Below the pieces are notes generated by a model. That model was not told the DNA's origin. It worked only from the letters and a program-made list of their open reading frames with translations, and ran no database searches. A program made the translations under genes and the position numbers. Shown here in pieces: positions 1-8,135 of a stretch of 56,238 bases of DNA (positions within the stretch are counted from its first letter, which is position 1; every line of letters starts with the position of its first letter). Origin of the DNA: Patescibacteria group bacterium (GTDB lineage: Bacteria > Patescibacteriota > Minisyncoccia > UBA6257 > GWB1-50-10); assembly GCA_023380415.1 (NCBI GenBank), contig JAMCRC010000025.1:1-56238 (forward strand), in the 5' to 3' direction.

Positions 1-1061
1 AGCTCCTCGAAAATGGTCCCGCCTATCCGGCGATACCACTCATCGACAGCGGAGCACAGGCCGACGACCGTTTCGTCCATCATGAACCCCTTTCGCCCAG
101 GATGGATCCTGACCTTTTCGGCCAGTATCTCTCCTTCGAAGAAGCCTGACGTCAGCGCTTGGGCGGCCTCTTTATGAAGCCACTCGCTTGACGCATTGGC
201 GAAAGTCGAGGCGTTTATGCGGTAATCGTTGTCCGTTTCGCCGAACTTGATGACGCCGCGGCGGCCTTTCTCCGTCAGTTTGGCCAAATAGAGGTTGAAG
301 GTGACCTTGCCCGCATCGGTATCCGTAAGAGTGACCGTTTCCAGTTTCTCGCCGGCATACGGTTCGGCTTGGATATCGATGGCGCGTTCCTTCTTGCCGC
401 TTTCGTCCTGGAAGCGGAGGGAAACTACTGTATCGAGACGCTTCATGGTCACGCCGAACTTGGCCAAGATCTCGTCCTTTAACGAGTCGAAGGTCAGCCG
501 GCTGATGATCTTGTCCTTGCTGTAGTTCTCGAGGTGGACCTCGGTTTTCCATTTGACCGGGGTCTTGCCGCGAGGCGGCGTCGATCCGCGGTCGAACATG
601 AGGTCGCTGCGATCCCGGCAAGGAACATGCACTTCGTCCATTTGGGCGATGTTCTTGCCCACGAACTCCCACTCGATGTAGTTCTTCCCGTCCTTGGTCG
701 TGGTGAAAAGATAGCGGTCGCATTTGTCGAGCGGCGCCACCAATCCCATGCCGAACCGCCCCAATTGCTTCTTGTTCTTGAGCGACTCGAGCACCGAGGC
801 GAGGATCTTATCGAACTCCTTCCGATCGCGGCCTTCGCCGTTATCCTTGATGGTAACGGTACGGGTCCTTTGATTGACCGACAGCCAGACATGCTGAGCG
901 CCGGCGTCCAGGGCGTTTTGCACCGCCTCCAGGATAGCGTCCAGCAAATTCGGATATTGTTTGGCGACCAGGATAAGGGTCAGCCCCATGGAGGCCGTCT
1001 TGAACAGGCTATAGCCGATCAAACTGCCTCTGCTTCTATCACTTGCAACTGATGCCTTCAC
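1..1061 (-). CDS. GHKL-superfamily (HATPase_c_3 / MORC-like) ATPase, C-terminus cut by window edge
   Basis: Absent from the ORF track because no stop lies inside the window. My translation of the minus frame is open from GTG 1061 (AAGGAG 6 nt upstream) to nt 1. It reads ...LLDAILEAVQNALDAGAQHVWLSVNQRTRTVTIKDNGEGRDRKEF...KKQLGRFGMGLVAP..., giving the Bergerat N-box (ExxxNxxD), G1 (DxGxG) and G2 (GxxGxG). Confidence 0.7.
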   Translation of the reverse strand, partial: MKASVASDRSRGSLIGYSLFKTASMGLTLILVAKQYPNLLDAILEAVQNALDAGAQHVWLSVNQRTRTVTIKDNGEGRDRKEFDKILASVLESLKNKKQLGRFGMGLVAPLDKCDRYLFTTTKDGKNYIEWEFVGKNIAQMDEVHVPCRDRSDLMFDRGSTPPRGKTPVKWKTEVHLENYSKDKIISRLTFDSLKDEILAKFGVTMKRLDTVVSLRFQDESGKKERAIDIQAEPYAGEKLETVTLTDTDAGKVTFNLYLAKLTEKGRRGVIKFGETDNDYRINASTFANASSEWLHKEAAQALTSGFFEGEILAEKVRIHPGRKGFMMDETVVGLCSAVDEWYRRIGGTIFEE

Positions 1062-1091
1062 TGCTTTCTCCTTTCTGTTCTTTCTTTTTTC

Positions 1092-1781
1092 TTACTGCTT
1101 TTTCGAGATTATTTCCCTGGCCTTCTCGCTGCAAAGCTGGCTCATTAGGTTCGATGCCCTGAAGAAGGTCTCGTCGCCCGCCAAAGCCCGCATGCGCCTC
1201 CGGTCTTCGGCCGTAAAGTCGTCCGATACGACCCGAGAACCGAAGAGGACCGCCAACTTGGCGACGTAGGCCATCGTTTCGACGGCCATCTCCTTTTCGG
1301 ATACGGTCTTCTGCGGATGCAACAAGGCGGGGTCCCATTTCGGCATTTGCGGATCGGCGGAGCGGGCTTGTTTGAGCCCCGCCTCGACAATGGCCGCCAT
1401 CGTCCGGATCTTGTCCGGGGCCGCCTTTTCCTTCCCATGCAGGACCCGCAACAAAGAGTCGCCGTGCTTGTAGGAAAGTTTCTGGCGCGCCGCGTCGAAT
1501 GGTATCGCCCCGGCGGCCACTAACCGGCCGAAGGCCCGTACCGTGCCGTCCATGGCCCCTATTTCCGTCACGACATATCCTTTTGTCTCCAAAAAGAACA
1601 TCGTTTTCAGATAAGGGAGCCCGACGGGCTTCTGCGTGCCTTTCGCCCAGCGAGAAACCGTGCTCGTGCGCACGCCGGCATAATCCCTTAGCTCCCGCTT
1701 TTTTGCGAGCGTTTCCGCTCGGGGATCGGTGCTGGCGATAAAGTGCCTCAAGCAATCCATCACGTTCCCTTGAAAGTCCAT
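1092..1781 (-). CDS. HTH (XRE/Cro-like) domain protein
   Basis: 229-aa ORF with an N-terminal helix-turn-helix, LAKKRELRDYAGVRTSTVSRWAKGTQKP. The remaining ~140 aa are unassigned. Stop TAA 1092-1094 lies 30 nt upstream of the GHKL GTG on the same strand, suggesting an operon. The start could also be Met8. Confidence 0.6.
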   Translation of the reverse strand: MDFQGNVMDCLRHFIASTDPRAETLAKKRELRDYAGVRTSTVSRWAKGTQKPVGLPYLKTMFFLETKGYVVTEIGAMDGTVRAFGRLVAAGAIPFDAARQKLSYKHGDSLLRVLHGKEKAAPDKIRTMAAIVEAGLKQARSADPQMPKWDPALLHPQKTVSEKEMAVETMAYVAKLAVLFGSRVVSDDFTAEDRRRMRALAGDETFFRASNLMSQLCSEKAREIISKKQ

Positions 1782-1886
1782 CTTCTATTACCTCCTTTGG
1801 ATTGTTCGTTCCTGTTTTCCTATATTCTTCATTTAAAAGGGCGTAGAAAGAACATACAACTTATACCGCAAAGCGTCAATATATCC

Positions 1887-1944
1887 TTGACCGAATTAGG
1901 AAAAGAATGTATCTTGACCCAGCGATCGGTAAGAAAGCTATTTA
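1887..1944 (+). promoter_or_regulatory. candidate tandem sigma70-like promoters / operator repeats for the 1967 operon
   Basis: Two TTGACC hexamers lie 27 nt apart (1887-1892, 1914-1919). The first is followed after 17 nt by TATCTT (1910-1915). The second is followed after 18-19 nt by CTATTT/TATTTA (1938-1944). Both sit in the 185-nt divergent spacer. Confidence 0.3.
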
Positions 1945-1966
1945 AAAACAGCAGAAAGGAAAGACC

Positions 1967-2239
1967 ATGCTAGCAGAGGCCGTGGTCGGAGCAGTGGCCG
2001 GTAAGACGGACCAGCGCTACGCTATCGCCTACCTTTCGGAATCGACCGATGACGTCTCCAAAGACGAGGCGATCACGTTCTCCCTGAAGGTTTGGAAGGG
2101 AGAGTGCGAGCCGCAACGGGGACAGGTCGTCCTCCTCGGCCGGATCGAAAAGTTCGTGAAAGGATGGCGGGCGCTTTATGCCAAACCGGTAATTCTGAAG
2201 CTCAGCAAACAAGCAACAGCAATAAGGAGAAAGAAATGA
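1967..2239 (+). CDS. hypothetical small protein (90 aa)
   Basis: ATG 1967 is preceded by GAAAGGAAAG. Stop TGA 2237-2239 overlaps the next ATG (ATGA), indicating translational coupling. No domain recognised. Confidence 0.5.
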   Translation: MLAEAVVGAVAGKTDQRYAIAYLSESTDDVSKDEAITFSLKVWKGECEPQRGQVVLLGRIEKFVKGWRALYAKPVILKLSKQATAIRRKK

Positions 2240-3033
2240 GAAAAGGGTTCGTTAAATTCGAAGAAATGCAGGAACCTTTCTACGTTCGAGTCGAGCTTGA
2301 CGAAGAAAGAGTCCTGTTCTTTATGGAACTTTTTCAGAACAAGGCCGCGGTCGACCCGCTATTGCTCACCGAGAGCAAAAAGCTGGTCGACGGCCGGCAT
2401 CGCAAGGCGGCCCTCATCCGCCTGGGCCGCGACGGTTACGACTGCAATATAATCGCCGACGAAGAAGCGGCCAAATTGATCCTCCGGGCCTTCAAGGCGA
2501 ATTTCGGCGGGCCCAAGCCACCGACATCCGAGGACCTCGACCACACGATCGAGCTGCTTCTCAAGGAAGGCATGAGCCGACGTTCGGTGCTTCACGACAT
2601 GAGCGCGAAGCTGTCCATGCCAAAGGAGCTTATCCGGCGCCATCTGGATGACGTCCAGTCGAAGATGGCCAAGAAGAAACTCACCGACGCCGCAGCCGCC
2701 GTAACGGACGGCAATATATCCGTTAAAGAGGCCGCCGAAAAATTCGGCGTCGCCGCCAATTCCATCCGGTCCCGCCTGCGGGCCAATGCCCAGAAAAAGG
2801 ACCAGGTGACCGAGGGCGAGATCAACACGCTCAAGGGAAATATGACGAAGGGGTTCCACAGCTTGGCCATGAAGAATTCCCACGCCATCAAAAAGGCCAT
2901 CAAGGCCTACAAAGACGGCATCGTGAGCAAGTCCGAAGTCGAACAAATGATCGCCCATTCCGAGCACCTGATCCACAGCCTCGAACACTCGGTCGCTGAA
3001 TGGAAGAAACGCTTCCAAAAAACAGCCAAATAA
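2236..3033 (+). CDS. ParB-like nuclease (ParB/Srx fold) domain protein with C-terminal HTH-like region
   Basis: Track ORF 2092..3033 trimmed to ATG 2236 (AAGGAGA 5 nt upstream). Signature LVDGRHRKAALIRLG (DGxHR) is present. A later helical/HTH-like segment reads ISVKEAAEKFGVAANSIRSRL. Confidence 0.75.
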   Translation: MRKGFVKFEEMQEPFYVRVELDEERVLFFMELFQNKAAVDPLLLTESKKLVDGRHRKAALIRLGRDGYDCNIIADEEAAKLILRAFKANFGGPKPPTSEDLDHTIELLLKEGMSRRSVLHDMSAKLSMPKELIRRHLDDVQSKMAKKKLTDAAAAVTDGNISVKEAAEKFGVAANSIRSRLRANAQKKDQVTEGEINTLKGNMTKGFHSLAMKNSHAIKKAIKAYKDGIVSKSEVEQMIAHSEHLIHSLEHSVAEWKKRFQKTAK

Positions 3034-3064
3034 TCACCCGCTCATTACCGATCGCGATATTCAT

Positions 3065-3092
3065 CCCCGCCCCATCCGGCGGGGTTTATTTT
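3065..3092 (+). terminator. intrinsic terminator after ParB-like gene
   Basis: Stem CCCCGCC (3065-3071) / GGCGGGG (3078-3084), 6-nt loop, then TTTATTTT. Confidence 0.6.
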
Positions 3093-3105
3093 CTCGCGCT
3101 CTACC

Positions 3106-3134
3106 TTGACAGAATCATTGTTATAATCTAATAT
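3106..3134 (+). promoter_or_regulatory. candidate sigma70-like promoter for the TraR/DksA gene
   Basis: TTGACA (3106-3111), a 17-nt spacer, then TAATAT (3129-3134). The ATG at 3204 lies about 70 nt downstream. Confidence 0.4.
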
Positions 3135-3203
3135 CCAAAGACCGTAATTCGAAAAACGAATAGCACCGCAGGATAAAAACCGATACGAAAGGAGGGATTT
3201 CGC

Positions 3204-3797
3204 ATGGATCCCGATAAGAATAGGCAACAGGAAGTATTGGAAAAGAAACTTCGCGACGTCCTCGCCACCGTGAACGATGCGTCGGGGGCGATGAAATACC
3301 CGGCCGAATATCTCAAGTTCAAGAAGGATATCATCGTTCCCCATCTCAGGATCGCCTTGGACCGCTTCAAACGCGGCGTCCAGGATATTTGCATCGACTG
3401 CGGCAAGGAAATACCGGCCGAACGGCTGGAAAAGATCCCGGCCGCCATCCGGTGCGCCCGCTGCCAGACCCGATTCGAGAAAGGCGGCGGACCCTCCGGT
3501 AAGGAGAGGAAAGAGGCCGCGATATTCGAGGCCTACCGCGAAGCCCGGCTTAAGCTGAAGCCGAAGCTTTCGGCCTCCCAAGACGAATTCGATAACGCCG
3601 CTTACGAGGTCTGGTCAGAAGCGACCCATAAGATAGTGGACTGCCCCTGTCGCGTGGGGCACCCAGAACTTTGCATCGAGCGCCTTTCCAAAGAGGAGAA
3701 GATCGACATGCTCCGGGGAACCGTCCTGGGATTCGACCGATTCCTCGATCTTATCGCTGTGGCGAAACAGATCGCCCAGGCGATCGCTAGCCGTTAA
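3204..3797 (+). CDS. TraR/DksA family C4 zinc-finger protein with long C-terminal extension
   Basis: GGAGG lies 7-8 nt upstream of ATG 3204. The C4 finger is CIDCGKEIPAERLEKIPAAIRCARC. An extra ~100 aa carry a CPCRVGHPELC motif. Confidence 0.75.
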   Translation: MDPDKNRQQEVLEKKLRDVLATVNDASGAMKYPAEYLKFKKDIIVPHLRIALDRFKRGVQDICIDCGKEIPAERLEKIPAAIRCARCQTRFEKGGGPSGKERKEAAIFEAYREARLKLKPKLSASQDEFDNAAYEVWSEATHKIVDCPCRVGHPELCIERLSKEEKIDMLRGTVLGFDRFLDLIAVAKQIAQAIASR

Positions 3798-3804
3798 AAA
3801 CACA

Positions 3805-3829
3805 CCACCCGCCTCCGGGTGGCTTTTTT
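3805..3829. terminator. bidirectional intrinsic terminator between convergent genes
   Basis: Stem CCACCCG / CGGGTGG with a 4-nt loop. T6 follows on the plus strand, and a T-rich run follows on the minus strand. Confidence 0.65.
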
Positions 3830-3838
3830 ACGTGCGCG

Positions 3839-4552
3839 TCAGGCCGCTTTCTGGAACTGGGAAGAGCTCTCTTCGGCTGATTGGGAAAAATCGAAACCGC
3901 GGAACAGATAGGGTGATTCGCTTTTTTGGTCCGCTTGGTCCTCGAAATCGTCCGGGAAGGAATCCTTGCTCACCCTCATCGCGATGAAGGCCACATCCTC
4001 CGGGTCGATGGCCCCTTCGGCGACGCGCACGAATTCCCGATCAAGCCCGCCGGGTATGTTCTCTTCGTCATCGACGCCCCTGATCTTCAGGTCCTTCCCT
4101 TCCTTGAAACCGACCACGGCGATCAATTGCCCTTGGCCGACCGAGGCGTGGCCTTCCATGAAGGCGTTCTGAAGCCCGCGATTGTCGCCGTAACCGGACC
4201 ATCTGGCGCAATTCGGATACATCCGGCCGTCGGCCGCGAGGTCGCGATCGAAAGCGAGCGGGATGGATTCGTGTCCCAGCAAAGCGGCGGCCAGTTTCAT
4301 CGGGTCCTCGCGGCGCACCAAGAAATTGCCGCGGAAGTTCTTATAGAACTCGTTAATATCCTCATAAGGCCTCCCGCCGGCCTCGCCCATCGCCTTCATG
4401 AAATCTCGGGCGAATTCTTTGACCAGCTTCTTCTGCGGTTCATCGGCGGTCTTTATGGACTCGATGCTCCGCACCTCGCTCAAAAGACGCTCTTTTATTT
4501 TGTCTTTTTCGAGCGGCGGCTGGTTGAAGTATTTTTCGATCGGCAGTGTCAT
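3839..4552 (-). CDS. hypothetical protein (237 aa)
   Basis: Starts 4 nt after the ileS stop on the same strand, so likely co-transcribed. Protein-like composition with an acidic C-terminus. No domain recognised. Confidence 0.6.
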   Translation of the reverse strand: MTLPIEKYFNQPPLEKDKIKERLLSEVRSIESIKTADEPQKKLVKEFARDFMKAMGEAGGRPYEDINEFYKNFRGNFLVRREDPMKLAAALLGHESIPLAFDRDLAADGRMYPNCARWSGYGDNRGLQNAFMEGHASVGQGQLIAVVGFKEGKDLKIRGVDDEENIPGGLDREFVRVAEGAIDPEDVAFIAMRVSKDSFPDDFEDQADQKSESPYLFRGFDFSQSAEESSSQFQKAA

Positions 4553-4555
4553 GGA

Positions 4556-7500
4556 TTACTTGGATTTTAGCAGACCAAGCCAGATAGGCCAATCGTCCAG
4601 CTTCGTCTCGAGCTCGGCGTCAAAACGGTCCTTGCGGCCGAATTCGACGCTTTTTGCGTTCACTTCCCGTTTCAAAAGCTCGGCGTTCGCGGTCACGATA
4701 TGCCCTATCTCTTCCGGACCGCTTACCATGAGCGTTATTTTGTCCTTCGGCTCCAGGCCGGCGTCCTGGCGGAGTCCTTGTACCATCCGGGAAAGCTCCC
4801 TGAACCAACCCTCTTCCCTGAGCTCGTGGGTGATCTCGGTATTCAAAACGAAATCCTCTTTCGATCCTGCGGCATGTTTCACCCGCTTCACGTTGATCTC
4901 GTCGGCCAGAACGGCCGCTAATTCTTTGCCGATCTTGGCCTTGACCGTGAGCTCCGAAAGCGGCTGGCGGACCTTGATGCCCAATTCCGCGCGCTTGGCG
5001 AGCGCGGCGCTCGCCAGGTCCCTGACCGTGCCCATTTCCTTTATCAGTTTCTTGTCGGCGGCGGAAAGGGACCGTTTGGCCGGCCAATCGGCCAGATGGA
5101 CCGACCGATCGCCGTCCAGGGACAAATAGAGCGCGTCCGCAAAGAATGGCGTGAATGGGGCAATGAGCTTCGCCACTTCCGTAAGCACGCACCCGAGCGC
5201 GGCCGAAGCGGCGGCATAGTCCCTTTTATCCTCCGGCTTTTGGAAACGGCGGCGGCTGCGGCGGATATACCAGCGCGAGAGGTCGTCCACCAGGCGCTCG
5301 ATGTCGTTCGCCGCGCCGTTCACGTCATAGTGGTCGAGCGACTTGGTGACCCTACCGGCCGTCTCGGCCAAGCGGGCCATTATCCATGCGTCCAAGACAT
5401 TAGTGTATTTAGTATTTGGTATTTTGCGTTTAGCGCTGCGGTCGGCATACGTCTTATAGAAAACGTATGAGTTGTAGAGCATCGTGAAGAACTGGCGGGA
5501 GTTCTTCGACAGTTCCGCTTCATCGAATTTTTTCGGCTCGCCCGGCGGGTTCACGGTGTAGAAATACCAGCGGACGGCATCAACGCCGTGCTTATCCATC
5601 ATCTCCCAGGGGCTCACGATGTTCCCTTTCGACTTCGACATCTTTTGGCCGCTTTTATCCAAGACCAGGCCTAGAGAAACGACGTTCTTATACGAACGGC
5701 CGCGGCCAAGAATGGTCGCAACGGCAAGAAGGGTGTAAAACCAACCGCGCGTCTGATCGATGCCCTCAACGATATAGTCGGCCGGATAGGCCGTGAGCTT
5801 CTCGAAGGGATAATGGTCCTCGGCGAATGGCATGGCGCCGGAGTCGAACCAAACATCGATGACCTCGCTCGCCCGCTTCATCTTCGCGCCGCACTTGTCG
5901 CATTTGAAACTGACGGCGTCCACGTACGGCCGGTGCAGATCGGCCTCTCCGTCTCCGTTCCTCGGAAGCGGCCGGAATTCGGAGAAGAACCGGCCGGCCG
6001 GAGGCATAAGCTCGCCGGCGAACTCCTGACCCATCCCTTCCCTTTCTTTTATGGCCCGGAACGTATCCCACCCCTCGAGGACGCTCGCGAGCATCCAAAG
6101 CGGATGCTCGTGGCCGATGACGAGAATGGTCTTCCCTTTCTCGCTCTTTTCGATCTCCTGGACGAAGTCCCAAGCCCGGCGCCGCACGTCCGCGAGCGTC
6201 TCACCGCCCTTCGGAGCGGTGGTGAACTTGTCGGCCGTGGTCCTAAAGAGAGCGTGATAGTCGCGGAGCGGGTGGCCGTTCACGTCGCCCGCATTGATCT
6301 CCCTGAGACGGCGGTCGAACTTCACGCCCTTGAGGCCCAGTTCTTTCTTCATTATCTCCGCGGTCTCCTTGGTCCGCGTAAGATCCGAGGAAAAACAAAG
6401 GTCGATCTTCTCCTTTTTCAAGGAGGCGGCGGCCTTCTTTACTTCGGCCCTGCCCCTGGCCGTGAGGTGGTACGGTCGCTTTTCCGGCCAAGAATCGATT
6501 ATGTTCTTCACGTTCTGCTCGGCCTCGCCGTGGCGCATAAGGATGTACCGGTTGCCGGAGCTCTTTCCTCCGGACGCGAGCTCGTCGATGCTTCCCACCG
6601 CTTTCGCGTGACCGCATTTCTCGCAGGTCCAGACCGGCAGAGGCGTTCCCCAATACCTCTCGCGCGATATCGCCCAATCCTTGACGTCTCTGAGCCATTC
6701 GCCGAAGCGGCCGGTCTTGATGGTCTCCGGCACCCAGTTGATCTTTGCGTTCTCCCCGAGCATTTCGCCCTTCAAGCGGCTCATGCCGATGAACCAGGAA
6801 TCGCGGGCGTAATAAATGAGCGGCGTGCCGCAGCGCCAGCAGAACGGGTAATCGTGAGTGTATTTCTCTTCGCCGAAAAGGCGGTTTTCCTTCTTCAAAT
6901 ACTCCAGTATTTTTGTCTCCGTTTCGGGGGCTTTGACGTAAAGGCCGGCGAACCCTTTTATTTCCGGGATGAATTTACCCTCCAGGGTGACCGTATGGAA
7001 TGTCGGCAACCCCACCTTAACGCCCAGCTCATAATCGTCCTCGCCGTACATCACGGCCGTGTGGACCACGCCCGTGCCATCCTCGGTCGTCACGAAGTTC
7101 GCTTCGTAGACCTTGTAGCTCGCCGGCGTCTTGAGGTGTTGGATGTCGAAAAGCGGCTCGTACTCGAGGCCGACCAGCTTTTCGCCTTTTACCGTTCCGA
7201 GATCGGCGAAGTTCTCGTGGAGGACCGAGGCGAGCCGCGGCTTGGCCAGGATGAAGGTCTCGCCGCTTTGGACCTTCACGAGCTGGTAATCGATGTTCTT
7301 ACCGACCGCGAGCGCGACGTTCCCGGGGAGCGTCCAAGGCGTCGTTGTCCAGGAAAGGATGAAGGTCTCGCCGTCGATCACGGTGCGGCCGATCTTCTGC
7401 CCCTTCTTCAGGCGGAACTTTATGTAGACCGAGGTGTCGGTCGCCTCTTTGTATCCCTGGGCCAGCTCATGCGACGAAAGGGCCGTCCCGCATCGCGGAC

Positions 7501-8041
7501 ACCACGGCACTATCTTGTGGCCTTTGTACAGAAGTTTTTTGTTCCACGCTTCCTTCAAGACCGACCAAACCGACTCGATGTAATCGTTCGCGTAAGTGAC
7601 GTAGGGATGGGACATATCGAGCCAAAAGCCCATGCGTTCGGTGAGCCGCTCCCATTCATCCTTGTACTGCCAAACGGATTCCTTGCATTTCTCGTTGAAG
7701 GCGGCGATGCCGAACTTTTCGATCTCCTTTTTCGATCTGAGGCCGAGCTTCTTTTCGACCTCGATCTCGACGGGCAGGCCGTGCGTATCCCAACCGGCCC
7801 GGCGCGGAACGTAATAGCCCGCCATCGTCTTATAGCGCAGGATGATGTCCTTGAATGAGCGCGAAAGGACATGGTGGATGCCAGGCCGGCCATTCGCCGT
7901 GGGCGGACCTTCGTAAAATACGAATTGCTTGGCCTTCTCCCGGTTCTTGAGGGACATCTCGAAGACCCGGCTTTCTTTCCAGAATTTAAGGACTTTTTCT
8001 TCGACCTCCGGCAGAGAGAACTTGTCGAGGTTTTCGAGCAT
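4556..8041 (-). CDS. ileS: isoleucine--tRNA ligase (type 2) carrying an inserted histidine-phosphatase domain
   Basis: 1161 aa. Motifs: GPPTANGRPGIHHV (HIGH region), WTTTPWTLPGN (editing domain), WAISRERYWGTPLP, DVWFDSGAMP, KMSKSKGN. See the finding for the ~200-aa insertion. Confidence 0.97.
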   Translation of the reverse strand: MLENLDKFSLPEVEEKVLKFWKESRVFEMSLKNREKAKQFVFYEGPPTANGRPGIHHVLSRSFKDIILRYKTMAGYYVPRRAGWDTHGLPVEIEVEKKLGLRSKKEIEKFGIAAFNEKCKESVWQYKDEWERLTERMGFWLDMSHPYVTYANDYIESVWSVLKEAWNKKLLYKGHKIVPWCPRCGTALSSHELAQGYKEATDTSVYIKFRLKKGQKIGRTVIDGETFILSWTTTPWTLPGNVALAVGKNIDYQLVKVQSGETFILAKPRLASVLHENFADLGTVKGEKLVGLEYEPLFDIQHLKTPASYKVYEANFVTTEDGTGVVHTAVMYGEDDYELGVKVGLPTFHTVTLEGKFIPEIKGFAGLYVKAPETETKILEYLKKENRLFGEEKYTHDYPFCWRCGTPLIYYARDSWFIGMSRLKGEMLGENAKINWVPETIKTGRFGEWLRDVKDWAISRERYWGTPLPVWTCEKCGHAKAVGSIDELASGGKSSGNRYILMRHGEAEQNVKNIIDSWPEKRPYHLTARGRAEVKKAAASLKKEKIDLCFSSDLTRTKETAEIMKKELGLKGVKFDRRLREINAGDVNGHPLRDYHALFRTTADKFTTAPKGGETLADVRRRAWDFVQEIEKSEKGKTILVIGHEHPLWMLASVLEGWDTFRAIKEREGMGQEFAGELMPPAGRFFSEFRPLPRNGDGEADLHRPYVDAVSFKCDKCGAKMKRASEVIDVWFDSGAMPFAEDHYPFEKLTAYPADYIVEGIDQTRGWFYTLLAVATILGRGRSYKNVVSLGLVLDKSGQKMSKSKGNIVSPWEMMDKHGVDAVRWYFYTVNPPGEPKKFDEAELSKNSRQFFTMLYNSYVFYKTYADRSAKRKIPNTKYTNVLDAWIMARLAETAGRVTKSLDHYDVNGAANDIERLVDDLSRWYIRRSRRRFQKPEDKRDYAAASAALGCVLTEVAKLIAPFTPFFADALYLSLDGDRSVHLADWPAKRSLSAADKKLIKEMGTVRDLASAALAKRAELGIKVRQPLSELTVKAKIGKELAAVLADEINVKRVKHAAGSKEDFVLNTEITHELREEGWFRELSRMVQGLRQDAGLEPKDKITLMVSGPEEIGHIVTANAELLKREVNAKSVEFGRKDRFDAELETKLDDWPIWLGLLKSK

Positions 8042-8135
8042 TAAGCTGATTTTAAATGAAAAAAACGGCGTTTGCCAGCGGTTTTGGGCGGTTTATACTT
8101 AGGTCAGTTCTACCACAAACCAATAGGAGGTAGTC

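Noticed and set aside
3106-3127. TTGACA ... TATAAT pair at 3106-3111 / 3122-3127.
   Set aside because: The spacer is only 10 nt. The TAATAT hexamer at 3129-3134 (17-nt spacer) is the more plausible -10.
5942-6559. The IleRS insertion as an intein or a misassembled second gene.
   Set aside because: There are no intein junction residues (N-terminal Cys/Ser, C-terminal His-Asn plus nucleophile) and no homing-endonuclease motifs. The frame is continuous, and the insert has a complete RHG histidine-phosphatase signature. Misassembly cannot be excluded without reads.
5813-7858. Long antisense or alternative-frame ORFs in the track, e.g. 5813..7858 (+, 681 aa), 9608..11401 (+, 597 aa), 18860..20224 (+), 24770..25954 (+), 52436..53782 (+), 53795..54700 (+), 54935..55951 (+).
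   Set aside because: All lie opposite or out of frame to genes with unambiguous family motifs. Their translations are Arg/Gly/Pro/Ala-rich low-complexity strings, typical of stop-poor shadow frames in high-GC DNA.
4556-8041. The non-canonical HIGH motif in IleRS (GIHH instead of HxGH) as an anomaly.
   Set aside because: As far as I recall, the PGIHH variant is the normal form in one subfamily of type-2 IleRS, so it is probably not unusual. This contrasts with the ArgRS TLAN case.
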